A DNA stretch of 64,000 nucleotides from Acidimicrobiia bacterium. GTDB lineage: Bacteria; Actinomycetota; Acidimicrobiia; Spongiisociales; ZC4RG35. The notes beneath the pieces are model-generated. The model did not search any database and was not told the DNA's origin. It saw nothing but the letters and a program-made list of their open reading frames with translations. Every line of letters starts with the position of its first letter. The first letter of the stretch is position 1. Position numbers and translations under genes: made by a program. Of the stretch, positions 1 through 9,075 are shown piece by piece. The DNA lies in NCBI GenBank assembly GCA_036259475.1, contig DATABS010000013.1:51430-115429 (forward strand). Direction: 5' to 3'.

Positions 1-39
1 CAAGGCCGCGACGGTCACCACCAACGCCGCTCTCCTCAT
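1..39 (-). CDS. 5' end of a gene running off the window; signal-peptide-like start (MRRAALVVTVAAL), possibly a metal-uptake lipoprotein downstream of fur
   Basis: ATG at 39 on the minus strand, 22 bp after the Fur stop; basic then hydrophobic N-terminus; only 13 codons visible. Confidence 0.35.
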   Translation of the reverse strand, partial: MRRAALVVTVAAL

Positions 40-61
40 GTCGGTGTATACGAGGGACGGG

Positions 62-484
62 TCATCGGTGGTTCTGGCACCGGGAGACGATGGCGAAATG
101 GACGGTGTCGGGTTGGTAGCCGTGGCGGTCCAACAGCGCCGCCAGCGGAGCCAACTCCTCCAACGGCAGATCGACGGTGCGCCCGCAAACGTCACACACC
201 AGATGGTGATGATGACCTTCGTCGGTGACATGGATCACGCTGGCCCCCGAGCCGAGGTGGACGTGGTGCACGGCTCCCGCCTCCTGCAGGGCGTCGACGG
301 TGCGGTAGACGGTCGAGAGGTCGATCGGACGTCCCAGCACCTCCTGGGCCCGGGCCTGGACGTCTGAGGCCGAAAGATGGCCGTGGGAGGGCTCCGCCAG
401 GACGGCGCAAATCGCCCGCCGGGTCGCAGTCACCCGCATCGCTTCCCGGCGGAGGGCGTCGATGAGATCGTCGGTCGTTGCCAC
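62..484 (-). CDS. Fur-family transcriptional regulator (Fur/Zur/Nur type)
   Basis: RVTATRRAI, LSTVYRTV helix, HHHLVCDVCG and C-terminal C motif. Confidence 0.93.
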   Translation of the reverse strand: MATTDDLIDALRREAMRVTATRRAICAVLAEPSHGHLSASDVQARAQEVLGRPIDLSTVYRTVDALQEAGAVHHVHLGSGASVIHVTDEGHHHHLVCDVCGRTVDLPLEELAPLAALLDRHGYQPDTVHFAIVSRCQNHR

Positions 485-540
485 TGGCGGCGAGCGTACC
501 CCACTACCGTCCGTGTCGTCCCGACCCAGGAGCCGCCCAG

Positions 541-906
541 ATGAAGAGCCTTCTCGGATTGGCCGCCACCGCCGCCGGCGTTTGGGTGGCAGTGCAGATC
601 GTCCCTGGTCTCGAGTTCGACGGAAACGCGTGGGCGTTCGTCGGCGTGGCTCTCCTCGTGGCGATCGCCAACGCCATCGTCCGCCCGATCCTCAGCCTGC
701 TCAGCTTCCCTGTGATCCTGCTCACCCTGGGTCTGTTCCTCCTGGTCATCAACGCCATCGTTCTGCAGCTGGTGGTGTGGCTCTCGGCTCCCGACCGCCT
801 CGATCTGGGACTCACCTCGACCGGTTTCTTCTGGGCGACGTTCCTCGGGGCTCTGGTGATCAGCCTGGTCCGGTGGCTGCTCGACCTCTTTTTCATCCGC
901 GACTGA
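541..906 (+). CDS. 4-TM phage-holin-superfamily IV (YvlD-like) membrane protein
   Basis: NAIVRPILSLLSFPVILLTLGLFLLVINA signature; start moved to ATG 541. Confidence 0.85.
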   Translation: MKSLLGLAATAAGVWVAVQIVPGLEFDGNAWAFVGVALLVAIANAIVRPILSLLSFPVILLTLGLFLLVINAIVLQLVVWLSAPDRLDLGLTSTGFFWATFLGALVISLVRWLLDLFFIRD

Positions 907-928
907 GGCAGCCGAGAGGGGGCGTCGC

Positions 929-1954
929 TCAGCCGGCGAACTGTTGGCTGCGAACGACGACCCGCTCCAGCACGCCACCGGCGGCACCCGAGTCCACCGA
1001 GTCCACCGCCGCCTCCATCCCCTCGGCGAAGCCCTCGGCTACTCCGGCGGCCACCAGACCGACGGCGGCGTTGATCACGGCGGCGTCCCGACGTGGGCCC
1101 CTCTCCCCCGCCAGGATCCGGCGGGTGATGTCGACGTTTGCCTCCACATCACCGCCGACCAGATCCGAGAGCCGCGAGCGGGCGACTCCAAAGTCCTCCG
1201 GAGTGAACTCGGCGTGGGTGATCTCGCCGTCTTTGAGGCGAAGGATGTAGGTCGGGCCCGACGTAGTGACCTCATCCAGGCCGTCCTCGCCGTGAACGAC
1301 GAAGGCCGACTCCGCCCCGAGGGATGCCAGAACTTGGATCATCCGTTCCGCCATCCTCTGATCCGACACCCCGAGGGCGTAGCGGCGTACCCCGGCCGGA
1401 TTCGCCAGAGGTCCCAGGAAGTTGAAGACCGTCGGGATCCCCAGCGCCTTCCGGACCGGTCCGGCGTGACGCAGCGCCGGGTGGTAGCGGGGAGCGTAGA
1501 AGAAGCCGAACCCCTCCTCGGCCACCAACCTCGCCGTCGCCTCCGGTTCCAACTCGATCGCCACGCCGAGGCCCTCCAGCACGTCAGCCGAACCGCACCG
1601 GCTCGAGGCGGCGCGGTTTCCGTGCTTGGCCACGACGGCACCGGCTCCGGCGGCGATCAGGGCCGCCGTCGTGGAGATGTTGAACGTCGATGATCTGTCG
1701 CCACCCGTACCCACGATGTCCACCAAATTGGAGACGTCTTCGATGGGGACCGCCACCGCGGCCGTTCTCAAGGCTTCGACCAGGCCGGTCATCTCGTCGG
1801 CGGTCTCGCCCTTCATGCGCAGCGCCACGACGAAGGCGGCCACCTGGGCCGGCTCGGCCCGGCCCTCCATGATCTCATTCATCGCGTCGCGGGCCTGCCC
1901 CCGGGTCAGGTGACGACCCGTGGCCAAGTGATCGAGGATGACCGACCAGTCCAT
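929..1954 (-). CDS. trpD: Anthranilate phosphoribosyltransferase
   Basis: DIVGTGGDRSSTFNIST, KHGNRAASSRCGSADVLE, FNFLGPLANP, VVHGEDGLDE; start set at MDWSV (1954). Confidence 0.96.
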   Translation of the reverse strand: MDWSVILDHLATGRHLTRGQARDAMNEIMEGRAEPAQVAAFVVALRMKGETADEMTGLVEALRTAAVAVPIEDVSNLVDIVGTGGDRSSTFNISTTAALIAAGAGAVVAKHGNRAASSRCGSADVLEGLGVAIELEPEATARLVAEEGFGFFYAPRYHPALRHAGPVRKALGIPTVFNFLGPLANPAGVRRYALGVSDQRMAERMIQVLASLGAESAFVVHGEDGLDEVTTSGPTYILRLKDGEITHAEFTPEDFGVARSRLSDLVGGDVEANVDITRRILAGERGPRRDAAVINAAVGLVAAGVAEGFAEGMEAAVDSVDSGAAGGVLERVVVRSQQFAG

Positions 1955-1997
1955 TGGATGGGCGAGTCTAGGTTTCGCCCGGGCGACGCCGACCCGG

Positions 1998-2747
1998 TCA
2001 GTCGAGCGGGTCGACCGGTGGAGTGGCACCCGGCTCGGGCAGGCCCGTCCCACCCGGCTGGACCTCGGGAACCTCCTCGACGTCGAAGTCGCCTACTTCG
2101 ATCTCCGACGTTTCCACTCCGGGTCGGAAGAGCTGCCACAGGCCCCAGGCGATCAGGCCGCCCACCAGGGGGAACACCAGATACACCCACAGCCCCTCGA
2201 AGCTTCCGCCGACGACGGCCGGACCGAACGACCGGGCGGGATTCACCGACGCACCGGAGAAGGGAAGCCCAGCGAAGTGCACCACCGTCAGCGTTAGCGA
2301 GATGCCGACGGCGGCGGTCGCCGGAGCCGTCCGCGTGGAGGCGAGGATCACCAGGACGAAGATGGTGGTGAGGACCAGTTCCGACATCATTCCGAGACGG
2401 AGCGCCGGGTAGCCGGTGGTGGTCTGGGCGACCGCATCCCGGTTGGTGACGATGAGTAGCGTGAGGGAGGCGAGAATGCCGCCGGCGAACTGGGCGATCC
2501 AATAGCCGACGAGGTCGCTGGCCGACGTCCGGTTGTCGAGGTACATGGCGAGAGTCACTGCCGGGTTGAAATGCCCCCCGGAGACGTGTCCCACGGCGTA
2601 CAGGGCGGCCAGCAGGCCCAGCCCGAAGCCGAACGGAACGGTGAGTAGCGGAGTGCCGATATCCGCCGACGCCAGGATCGTCATCGAGCCGAGGACGACC
2701 AGGATGAAGGTGCCGACCAGCTCTGCCAGGTACTTGTTGATGACCAC
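1998..2747 (-). CDS. aqpZ: Aquaporin (MIP family, AqpZ-like) with acidic C-terminal tail
   Basis: Two NPA boxes (SGGHFNPAVT, GASVNPARSFGP); GTG start at 2747 after GAGGAG. Confidence 0.92.
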   Translation of the reverse strand: MVINKYLAELVGTFILVVLGSMTILASADIGTPLLTVPFGFGLGLLAALYAVGHVSGGHFNPAVTLAMYLDNRTSASDLVGYWIAQFAGGILASLTLLIVTNRDAVAQTTTGYPALRLGMMSELVLTTIFVLVILASTRTAPATAAVGISLTLTVVHFAGLPFSGASVNPARSFGPAVVGGSFEGLWVYLVFPLVGGLIAWGLWQLFRPGVETSEIEVGDFDVEEVPEVQPGGTGLPEPGATPPVDPLD

Positions 2748-2827
2748 GATTTCTCCTCGATGGGGCTCGACCGCAAACTGAATGTACAAGCCCGACGGCT
2801 CGCGGAGGTGGCAAAGTGTTGACGACG

Positions 2828-3175
2828 GTGAGATGGGGCGCCGTCTTGCTCGCTCTGGGCGTCGGCGTTCTCGTCCTGGCAGGTTCGGCTCTGATCCTCT
2901 GGCTTGCCCTGTCTCTCGTAGGTGTGGACGGCGCCGCCGGGGCCGCCACCACCTTCGGCACCCTCCTCGGCTTCGCCGCCGCCGGCTGGATCGCCGGCCG
3001 CCGCGCCGCCGTGTCTCACGTCTTCCACGGTGGGATCGCCGCCCTGGGGGTGGCCCTGGCCGTGACCGTCACCGCCGTCCTCGGCGGCAGCCCCGCCCCG
3101 ACACCACAAGTGCTGCTCCTGGCGTTTTTCGCCCTCGTCATCGGCGGCCTCACCGCCTGGCTCGCCCGCCGCTGA
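2828..3175 (+). CDS. Small 4-TM hypothetical membrane protein
   Basis: Four hydrophobic segments; fills the gap between aquaporin and rnpB. Confidence 0.7.
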   Translation: MRWGAVLLALGVGVLVLAGSALILWLALSLVGVDGAAGAATTFGTLLGFAAAGWIAGRRAAVSHVFHGGIAALGVALAVTVTAVLGGSPAPTPQVLLLAFFALVIGGLTAWLARR

Positions 3176-3253
3176 GGCTTGTTGTCAGCCGCGCGTGTCG
3201 CCCAGCGCCACGTTGGCGGGAGGAACCTCGAATACCGGGCACCACCGCGGCGT

Positions 3254-3259
3254 TACACT
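3254..3259 (+). promoter_or_regulatory. Likely -10 box (TACACT) of rnpB
   Basis: TANNNT hexamer about 7 nt upstream of the RNA 5' end. Confidence 0.55.
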
Positions 3260-3266
3260 ATGTGAA

Positions 3267-3628
<362 letters not shown>

Positions 3629-3633
3629 AACGT

Positions 3634-3659
3634 CGAACCCCCTCTAACCGGGGGGTTCG
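3634..3659 (+). terminator. Hairpin after rnpB (element-supplied)
   Basis: CGAACCCCC / GGGGGTTCG 9 bp stem. Confidence 0.65.
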
Positions 3660-3719
3660 GCCATTCCTACGCCTAGTTGAACGCCGCCATTCCGCCAGAA
3701 TTCCGCGAGAGCGCCGCCC

Positions 3720-3840
3720 CGAACACCGGCCGCTACATCACCGTCACCGGGAAGCGGATCGGCGGCGGCAGCATCGAACACCGCCAAGAGGAGCTCGAGG
3801 CCGAGCACGCCCGATGGTTCCCTGCACGCGACGGCCAACA
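3720..3840 (+). pseudogene. Fragment resembling a phage primase-polymerase (NrS-1-like) C-terminal motif
   Basis: GRYITVTG followed by IEHRQEELEAEHARWF recalls the R[FY]xTxTG...I..rq..L motif; upstream catalytic part missing. Confidence 0.4.
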
Positions 3841-4215
3841 TGATGGTCCGCCCGTCGAATCCGGCGCAACCGAAACCGCCAACGAGAGCGGGACGCCATC
3901 GTTGTCGCCTACGCCGCCCGCGGCTGTATCTGCAGACCGGACGTTGCCCACGATCGGGCCAATGGTCTCCGCCACGTCACTATTGCCCACGATGACGGCT
4001 GCCCTGCCGCCGACTCCGGATCGATGCTGATCGTCGGACGTGGTCACCAAGAGTCCGACGCGGAGTGGGCCGGCGACCTCCTCGAGCTGATGAGGGCGAT
4101 CCGATGACGCCGACGCAGATCGTGAAGCCGGGTTTTTGGTACCGAAGTCGTCCTCGGCGGTTGCACCGCCGCCTTTCTCTCCACGCCGGATTCCTAGACC
4201 CCTCGGAGGTTCGAG

Positions 4216-4623
4216 ATGACCAAGCAGGTCGGAAACACCGCCCCGTACAAGAAGCTCCGCGCCGAGTTCATGGCTCGCCAGGGACGCTGGGGGACGTGTG
4301 CCCGGTGCGGCGAGCTGGTCGATATGAAGCTTTCGGGCCGGACGGCGATGGGTCCGTCGGTCGATCACATCGTGCCGACATCGGCCGGCGGCGCCTGGCT
4401 CGAAGTCGACAATCTGCAACTCGTACATCGGAGCTGCAATAGCCGGAAAGGACGCGGGGAGGCTGTCGGTGCGAGTGACCGGCGGTTCCGAAAGGATGGG
4501 CATTGGCTTGTGAAGCCGTTCGACCGGGACCCCGCCTCGCCGCATATGTTTCGGGCTTGCGATAACCCGCGGTGCGCGTTCTGTCTCGCCGAGGGTTACC
4601 GCACTGAGGCTGCCGATGTGTGA
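4216..4623 (+). CDS. Phage-type HNH endonuclease
   Basis: CARCG, VDHIVPTSAGG...DNLQLVHRSCNSRKG; GGAGG before the ATG. Confidence 0.9.
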   Translation: MTKQVGNTAPYKKLRAEFMARQGRWGTCARCGELVDMKLSGRTAMGPSVDHIVPTSAGGAWLEVDNLQLVHRSCNSRKGRGEAVGASDRRFRKDGHWLVKPFDRDPASPHMFRACDNPRCAFCLAEGYRTEAADV

Positions 4624-5031
4624 GCCGATCCGCATCGGAGACGTCGAGCGGGGAGCCGACGTGGTCGGGGTGGGCCCGCGTGCCCGCGTCCCGCGTGGGA
4701 TTGGGTGGGAAGTTCCTGCAGGCCCATGACCTGCGCTTCTGTAGCGCTTCTGAAGCGGGGCTGGAACGCGATCAACCGGGATTGAGAACGCGTCCAACAA
4801 CGTGCCTGCTTGTCGGACGTGGCACTCTGCTAACCGACACTCATGGATCGGGCGATCGAAGTGGACATGCGCTCTTTAACCCCGGTAAGAGCTACATGTC
4901 ACAATCCTGGTTCTCGGTTCGTTTCGCGCACCGACAGGTACGACGTCAGCCTAGATAATCGTCTACGACCCGACTAGGTGACCTGACAGCGGCGGTTCGA
5001 AGCCGACAGAGACCGACCGCCACCTCGGCCG

Positions 5032-6345
5032 CTACCAACTCCGGGTGGGTCCGGAGCCCGTCGGCGGCTCGACTTCATGCACCGAGATCGAGAGGAGACG
5101 TGGCTCGAACACGTCGTTGAGCACCCGGTCGAGCCGTCCGACGATGTCGTTGAGGTCCACGGCGTGACGCAGGTCCTCGGCGAATCTCTCCAACGTCACC
5201 AGGGCGTCATAGCGGTTGCGGTTGAAGCGTCGATCGATGAACTTCTGCACCTGGTCCCGTAGGGGCCGGAAGGCGGAGACGAACAGGAAGGTAGTGATCG
5301 CGACGGCGGGCTTCGAATCGATCAGGGGCGACGCCGCCACGCTGCCCACCAGCATCTGTGCCACCACGACGAAGGCGACGTACACACCGCCGAGGAGACC
5401 CGTGGCTATGGCATAAACGGTGGTGCGGTTGAGCACCCTTTCGATGTCCCACAGGCGATAGCGAAGGATGCCGGCGAAGAGCGCCAGGGGAATGAGCGCA
5501 AAGGCAGGCTGGAACGTCCGATACAGGGCCACCGGAGGCTCGGGGATATGGCGACCGGCGAGGACGTTGGTGGCGGGCGACATGCCGTGGATGACGAGGA
5601 AGACGATCCCGAATCCGACCGAGGGGAGGAGCGCCCAAAAGAGCAAACGGGCCTGAGCCTGGCCGATGGCGTCGTCCTTGATCGCGACGCGGTATGCCTG
5701 TGCGGCCGCGCCGGCCGCAGGTACGAGGAGGCCGAAGAACAACAGGAGTGTGGCGGGCCGAGCCGGCCCCTCCAGCCGTATCGAGAGGAAGACGGCCCCG
5801 ACGCTGGCCGTCAGGTAGAGGGGGATGAGGGCCGCCGGCCGCCAGCGAGGCACCGGGCGTCCATCGGGGAAGAGCAGGAGGGCGTAGACGTAGGCGAGTC
5901 CCGCCAGCACATGGGAGGCCACCTGTGCCAACGTCTCCAACGGGGTGAACGGCAACTGCTCCAGAACCGCCTGCGAGGTGAGGTTGAAGACACCGGCCAC
6001 ACCCACCAGGGCCGTGGCCAGTAGTCGTGCCGTCCAATCACGGGGACGCAGCTTGAGCAGGACCGCCGCCATGGCCAGATGGACGGCGCTGAAGAGATAG
6101 TCCGCGACGATCTGCAATCCGGAGGGAACATTGTGGGAGGCATCCGCCGCCCGCAAGGCCACACGAGCGAAGATTCCGCTTCCCAGCCCATGGACGTGGA
6201 GAGACTCGTGCAGGTCCGCCGAGGTCGAGGCCGCCACGGCCAGCAAGCCCTGGCCTAGGACGAGGAGCCCCCCGAGAGCATAGAGGCAAAAACCGAGCAG
6301 GAGGGCCAGGTCAGCGCGTCGAAACCGACGCTCACTCTCCGCCAT
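5032..6345 (-). CDS. Multi-pass membrane protein resembling the input region of sensor proteins, with no kinase domain
   Basis: About 10 hydrophobic segments; ILRYRLWDIERVLNRTTVY and DRRFNRNRYDA..LE.F...LR..VDL motifs; 4 bp downstream of the cupredoxin gene. Confidence 0.75.
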   Translation of the reverse strand: MAESERRFRRADLALLLGFCLYALGGLLVLGQGLLAVAASTSADLHESLHVHGLGSGIFARVALRAADASHNVPSGLQIVADYLFSAVHLAMAAVLLKLRPRDWTARLLATALVGVAGVFNLTSQAVLEQLPFTPLETLAQVASHVLAGLAYVYALLLFPDGRPVPRWRPAALIPLYLTASVGAVFLSIRLEGPARPATLLLFFGLLVPAAGAAAQAYRVAIKDDAIGQAQARLLFWALLPSVGFGIVFLVIHGMSPATNVLAGRHIPEPPVALYRTFQPAFALIPLALFAGILRYRLWDIERVLNRTTVYAIATGLLGGVYVAFVVVAQMLVGSVAASPLIDSKPAVAITTFLFVSAFRPLRDQVQKFIDRRFNRNRYDALVTLERFAEDLRHAVDLNDIVGRLDRVLNDVFEPRLLSISVHEVEPPTGSGPTRSW

Positions 6346-6349
6346 GCAT

Positions 6350-7612
6350 TCAGCCCGACACGGTGACGGTTCCCACCATCGGCGGGTGGATCAGGCAGGC
6401 GTAGCGATACGTACCCGGACTAGAGAACCGCAGGGTGTACTCGACGTAGGCATCGCTGTACAGGACACCTGACGACCAGAACCCGGATCCGTCCCAGGTA
6501 CCCCCGTCGACGACGATCGGATCCTCACCCTCCGTCTCCTCGACCTCAGGGGCGCCGCCGGCAGGATAGAAGATCTCCTCGTTGGCCTGCACCGTCCCAT
6601 CCTCCAGCCGCTCGTAGATGGGGAAGTACTCGGGCACATCGAAGCTGATCGTGTGGGGTCCGAACATCAGCCAGGTGACGGGCTCGCCGACCTCGGCCTC
6701 GATGGTCTCGGGGATGAACTCGTTGAGCAGACCTTCCACCCGCTCGTCCACCAATCCGCTGAAGTTGCCGGTGAACGCCTCGCCCCCGAAGACGAACTGG
6801 CCCTCGTTGGCCGACTCGTAGGCCTGGCGGAAGGGCTCGACCACCTCGTTCAGCTCCTCGCGGGTTTGGAGGTTGACCTCGCTGGCGGACGGGATCGGCT
6901 CGTCGGGGGGCACCACCTGCATGGTCCCACTGTGGAACGAGCCGTGCACTGAGCAGAAGAACTCGTACTCGCCGGGCTCGATCGACTCCGACACGTTCAG
7001 CTCGAAGGTGTTGCCCCCTTCGGTCTCCAACCCGATGAACCCGCTGTTGTAGTAGGCCTCCGTCCCGTCGAAGGGGCCGAGCTCCTGGTTGGGGCAGGGC
7101 CCACCATCGTCGGGGATCGGGCCCTCCTCGACCAGACAGGGCTGCGCGATGGTCTGGTCGATCTCGCCCTCGGACTCCCCTTCCTCCGGGGGCTCCGCTT
7201 CCTCACCGGCCGACTCCGGTGGCGGCTCCTCGCATCCATAGAGCACGGGCAGCGTGCACTCGGCCGCGAAGTAAGTCTCGAGCACCTCGGGAGGGACCTG
7301 ATCCTCGGGCACCGCGCCCCATTCGTCGAACAGGGGCTTGGTGATCGATAGCACCTCGTTCACCTTGGTTCCAAAGGTGACCGTGTGAGCCTCACCCGTC
7401 CAATCCTGCCTGAATACCACCGTATCGCCCGGATGTACCTGGATGGTGTCGGGGAAGTACTTGATGAACTGGGTGGCGAACTCGTCATGGTCGTAGTCCA
7501 CCCTCACCGTGACCTGCTCGTCCGAGTCCGAGGCGCAGGCTCCGATCAGCAGCACGAGAGCTATCCCGGCCAAGCCGACAACGCCACGACCCGCGCCAGC
7601 ATGTCGCCTCAT
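6350..7612 (-). CDS. Lipoprotein with two cupredoxin (plastocyanin/azurin-like) domains
   Basis: Lipobox LIGAC; HTVTF...FFCSVH and HTISF...YACLIHPPMVG; start 7612 after GGGAG. Confidence 0.85.
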   Translation of the reverse strand: MRRHAGAGRGVVGLAGIALVLLIGACASDSDEQVTVRVDYDHDEFATQFIKYFPDTIQVHPGDTVVFRQDWTGEAHTVTFGTKVNEVLSITKPLFDEWGAVPEDQVPPEVLETYFAAECTLPVLYGCEEPPPESAGEEAEPPEEGESEGEIDQTIAQPCLVEEGPIPDDGGPCPNQELGPFDGTEAYYNSGFIGLETEGGNTFELNVSESIEPGEYEFFCSVHGSFHSGTMQVVPPDEPIPSASEVNLQTREELNEVVEPFRQAYESANEGQFVFGGEAFTGNFSGLVDERVEGLLNEFIPETIEAEVGEPVTWLMFGPHTISFDVPEYFPIYERLEDGTVQANEEIFYPAGGAPEVEETEGEDPIVVDGGTWDGSGFWSSGVLYSDAYVEYTLRFSSPGTYRYACLIHPPMVGTVTVSG

Positions 7613-7681
7613 AGTGAATCCTCCCTTTGCCTTCGATAGACGCCGCCACGATCGCACAGCGACCATTACGACGTCGTTACG

Positions 7682-7954
7682 GTGGACAGCCCTCGGAGAG
7701 CCGACCACCCGCCCACTTCATCCGGAGACACAATACCGGCCAAGAAGGTTGGAGTGACCGCTCCCAAGGCGAGAGCTCTTGCTAGTCATCTTGGCCTCGT
7801 CGGCAACCTGACCTATCACAAGCACGTTCGACTACCGGACGGAAAACTATGGCCACGCTACAGCGATGCCGCCGTGAAGCTGTTGAAAGAGCAGGTTCCC
7901 ATCGTGGATCTAGAAGAGGTCTGGTCACAGTATTGGGCCGACGGCGGCAGGTAG
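7682..7954 (+). pseudogene. Probable 3' remnant of a foreign gene (possibly DUF3644-like C-terminus)
   Basis: Protein-like tail LASHLGL..NLTYHKHVRL...RYSDAAVKLLKEQ; no good start or RBS; more AT-rich than neighbours. Confidence 0.3.
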
Positions 7955-8237
7955 CGCGCCCCGAGGCTCGGATCTTCGCTCTAGGTAGGCTGGACGAGTG
8001 GCAGTGGCATTGCTGCCGGTCGATTGGCACGCATTCCGTCGGCCCGGGTCGGTAAGTACCAGGTTGGCTAGAAACCACTTGGACCCGGCCGGAGGTGCCG
8101 GCCGCGTTCCGCGAGCATTCCGCGGGAGGGTCGGGAAAAGGCGGTATACCTGTAGAACGTCGTAGAACTATCGAGAAGGTGTTTTCTCGGTCAGAGCAAA
8201 ATTACGGCGCGTTTCCCCTGGTAGTCGTATATCTGAT

Positions 8238-8265
8238 GACAGAATCCGGCTTACAGGGGGACTCG
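8238..8265 (+). repeat. attR-like core; displaced copy of the rnpB 3' end
   Basis: GACAGAATCCGGCTTACAGGGGGACTCG, one C-to-G difference from 3601-3628. Confidence 0.92.
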
Positions 8266-8271
8266 TAGCGT

Positions 8272-8299
8272 GGAGAGGCTCCCGAAAGGGGGCCTCTCC
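8272..8299 (+). terminator. GC hairpin after attR, probably the original rnpB terminator
   Basis: GGAGAGGCTCCC-GAAA-GGGGGCCTCTCC 12 bp stem with a GNRA loop. Confidence 0.75.
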
Positions 8300-8325
8300 G
8301 CCTATCCGCCTATCCGCTCCTTCCG

Positions 8326-8814
8326 CTACGCCCCCAGCTTGGCCCGGATTGCCTTGATGTCGGCCGACATCTCGTCGCTCGAATCGCGGCTCTGAGGCGA
8401 ATCACGGTGGATCAGATAGGCCGTGAGCAGAACCATCGTGGCCAACTGGAGGAACTCGCTCTGCCAGTTCTCCAGCACGCTCGACATGAACCTGACCCAG
8501 AACTCACTGCTGAAGAAGGCAGGCGCCGAGTCGCCGTGCTGGAGCGCCTCATGGACTTCCTGGCGGTACTGGAAATAGAGCTGTCCGATCCACGATATGA
8601 AGAAGAGTCCAAACAGAGTCAGGCTGAGCAGATGATCGTGAAACCAATTTCCGTTCGGCTGCCTCGAGGTCGTCGACGGCTCGGACGGCTCATTCGTCCC
8701 GTTGCCGAGAGCCGCCTGCAATTCCTCTTTCGTCATGGACGACCGACCAGCAATCTCGTTCTCGCGGGCCTTCTCCAACAACTCGTCCTTGGACATGTCG
8801 CTCAGTTCGGACAC
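8326..8814 (-). CDS. DUF6766-like membrane protein with an N-terminal Rho_N-like helical domain
   Basis: LSDMSKDELLEKARENEIAGRSSMTKEEL; ENWQSEFLQ..MVLLTAYLIHRDSPQSRD; GTG 8814 after AAGGAG. Confidence 0.8.
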   Translation of the reverse strand: MSELSDMSKDELLEKARENEIAGRSSMTKEELQAALGNGTNEPSEPSTTSRQPNGNWFHDHLLSLTLFGLFFISWIGQLYFQYRQEVHEALQHGDSAPAFFSSEFWVRFMSSVLENWQSEFLQLATMVLLTAYLIHRDSPQSRDSSDEMSADIKAIRAKLGA

Positions 8815-8840
8815 GGATGCTCCTTTCAAGCCGGCAGGCT

Positions 8841-8865
8841 CTACCCCGAATGCGAACCGACTAAC
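8841..8865 (-). promoter_or_regulatory. SigF/SigB-type general-stress promoter (GTTA-N15-GGGTAG)
   Basis: Close to the GTTT-N15-GGGTA consensus, 26 nt upstream of the start. Confidence 0.5.
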
Positions 8866-9075
8866 CGGAAGGACTGCCACAGGAGTCGATCATCGTCTTA
8901 GGATCACCGCCGACTTCCCTCCCATCACAGGCCCTCCAAGGCTTGCCTCAGATTCCGAGCCTTCGAAGGAAGCTCCTTCTGCGGCTGATCGACGATGGAC
9001 GGAGATCGGTCGGCGCGACTCCTATATCGCTCTCGCTGCAGTGCCTTGGCCGTACAAGTCCGTTCCTTTCTTTTC

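Noticed and set aside
541-906. Holin as evidence of a prophage
   Set aside because: The YvlD-type family is a common chromosomal gene; it lies outside the att-bounded region with no lysin or structural genes.
3629-8237. Integrase or recombinase gene inside the island
   Set aside because: No tyrosine (R-H-R-Y) or serine recombinase motifs in any listed frame.
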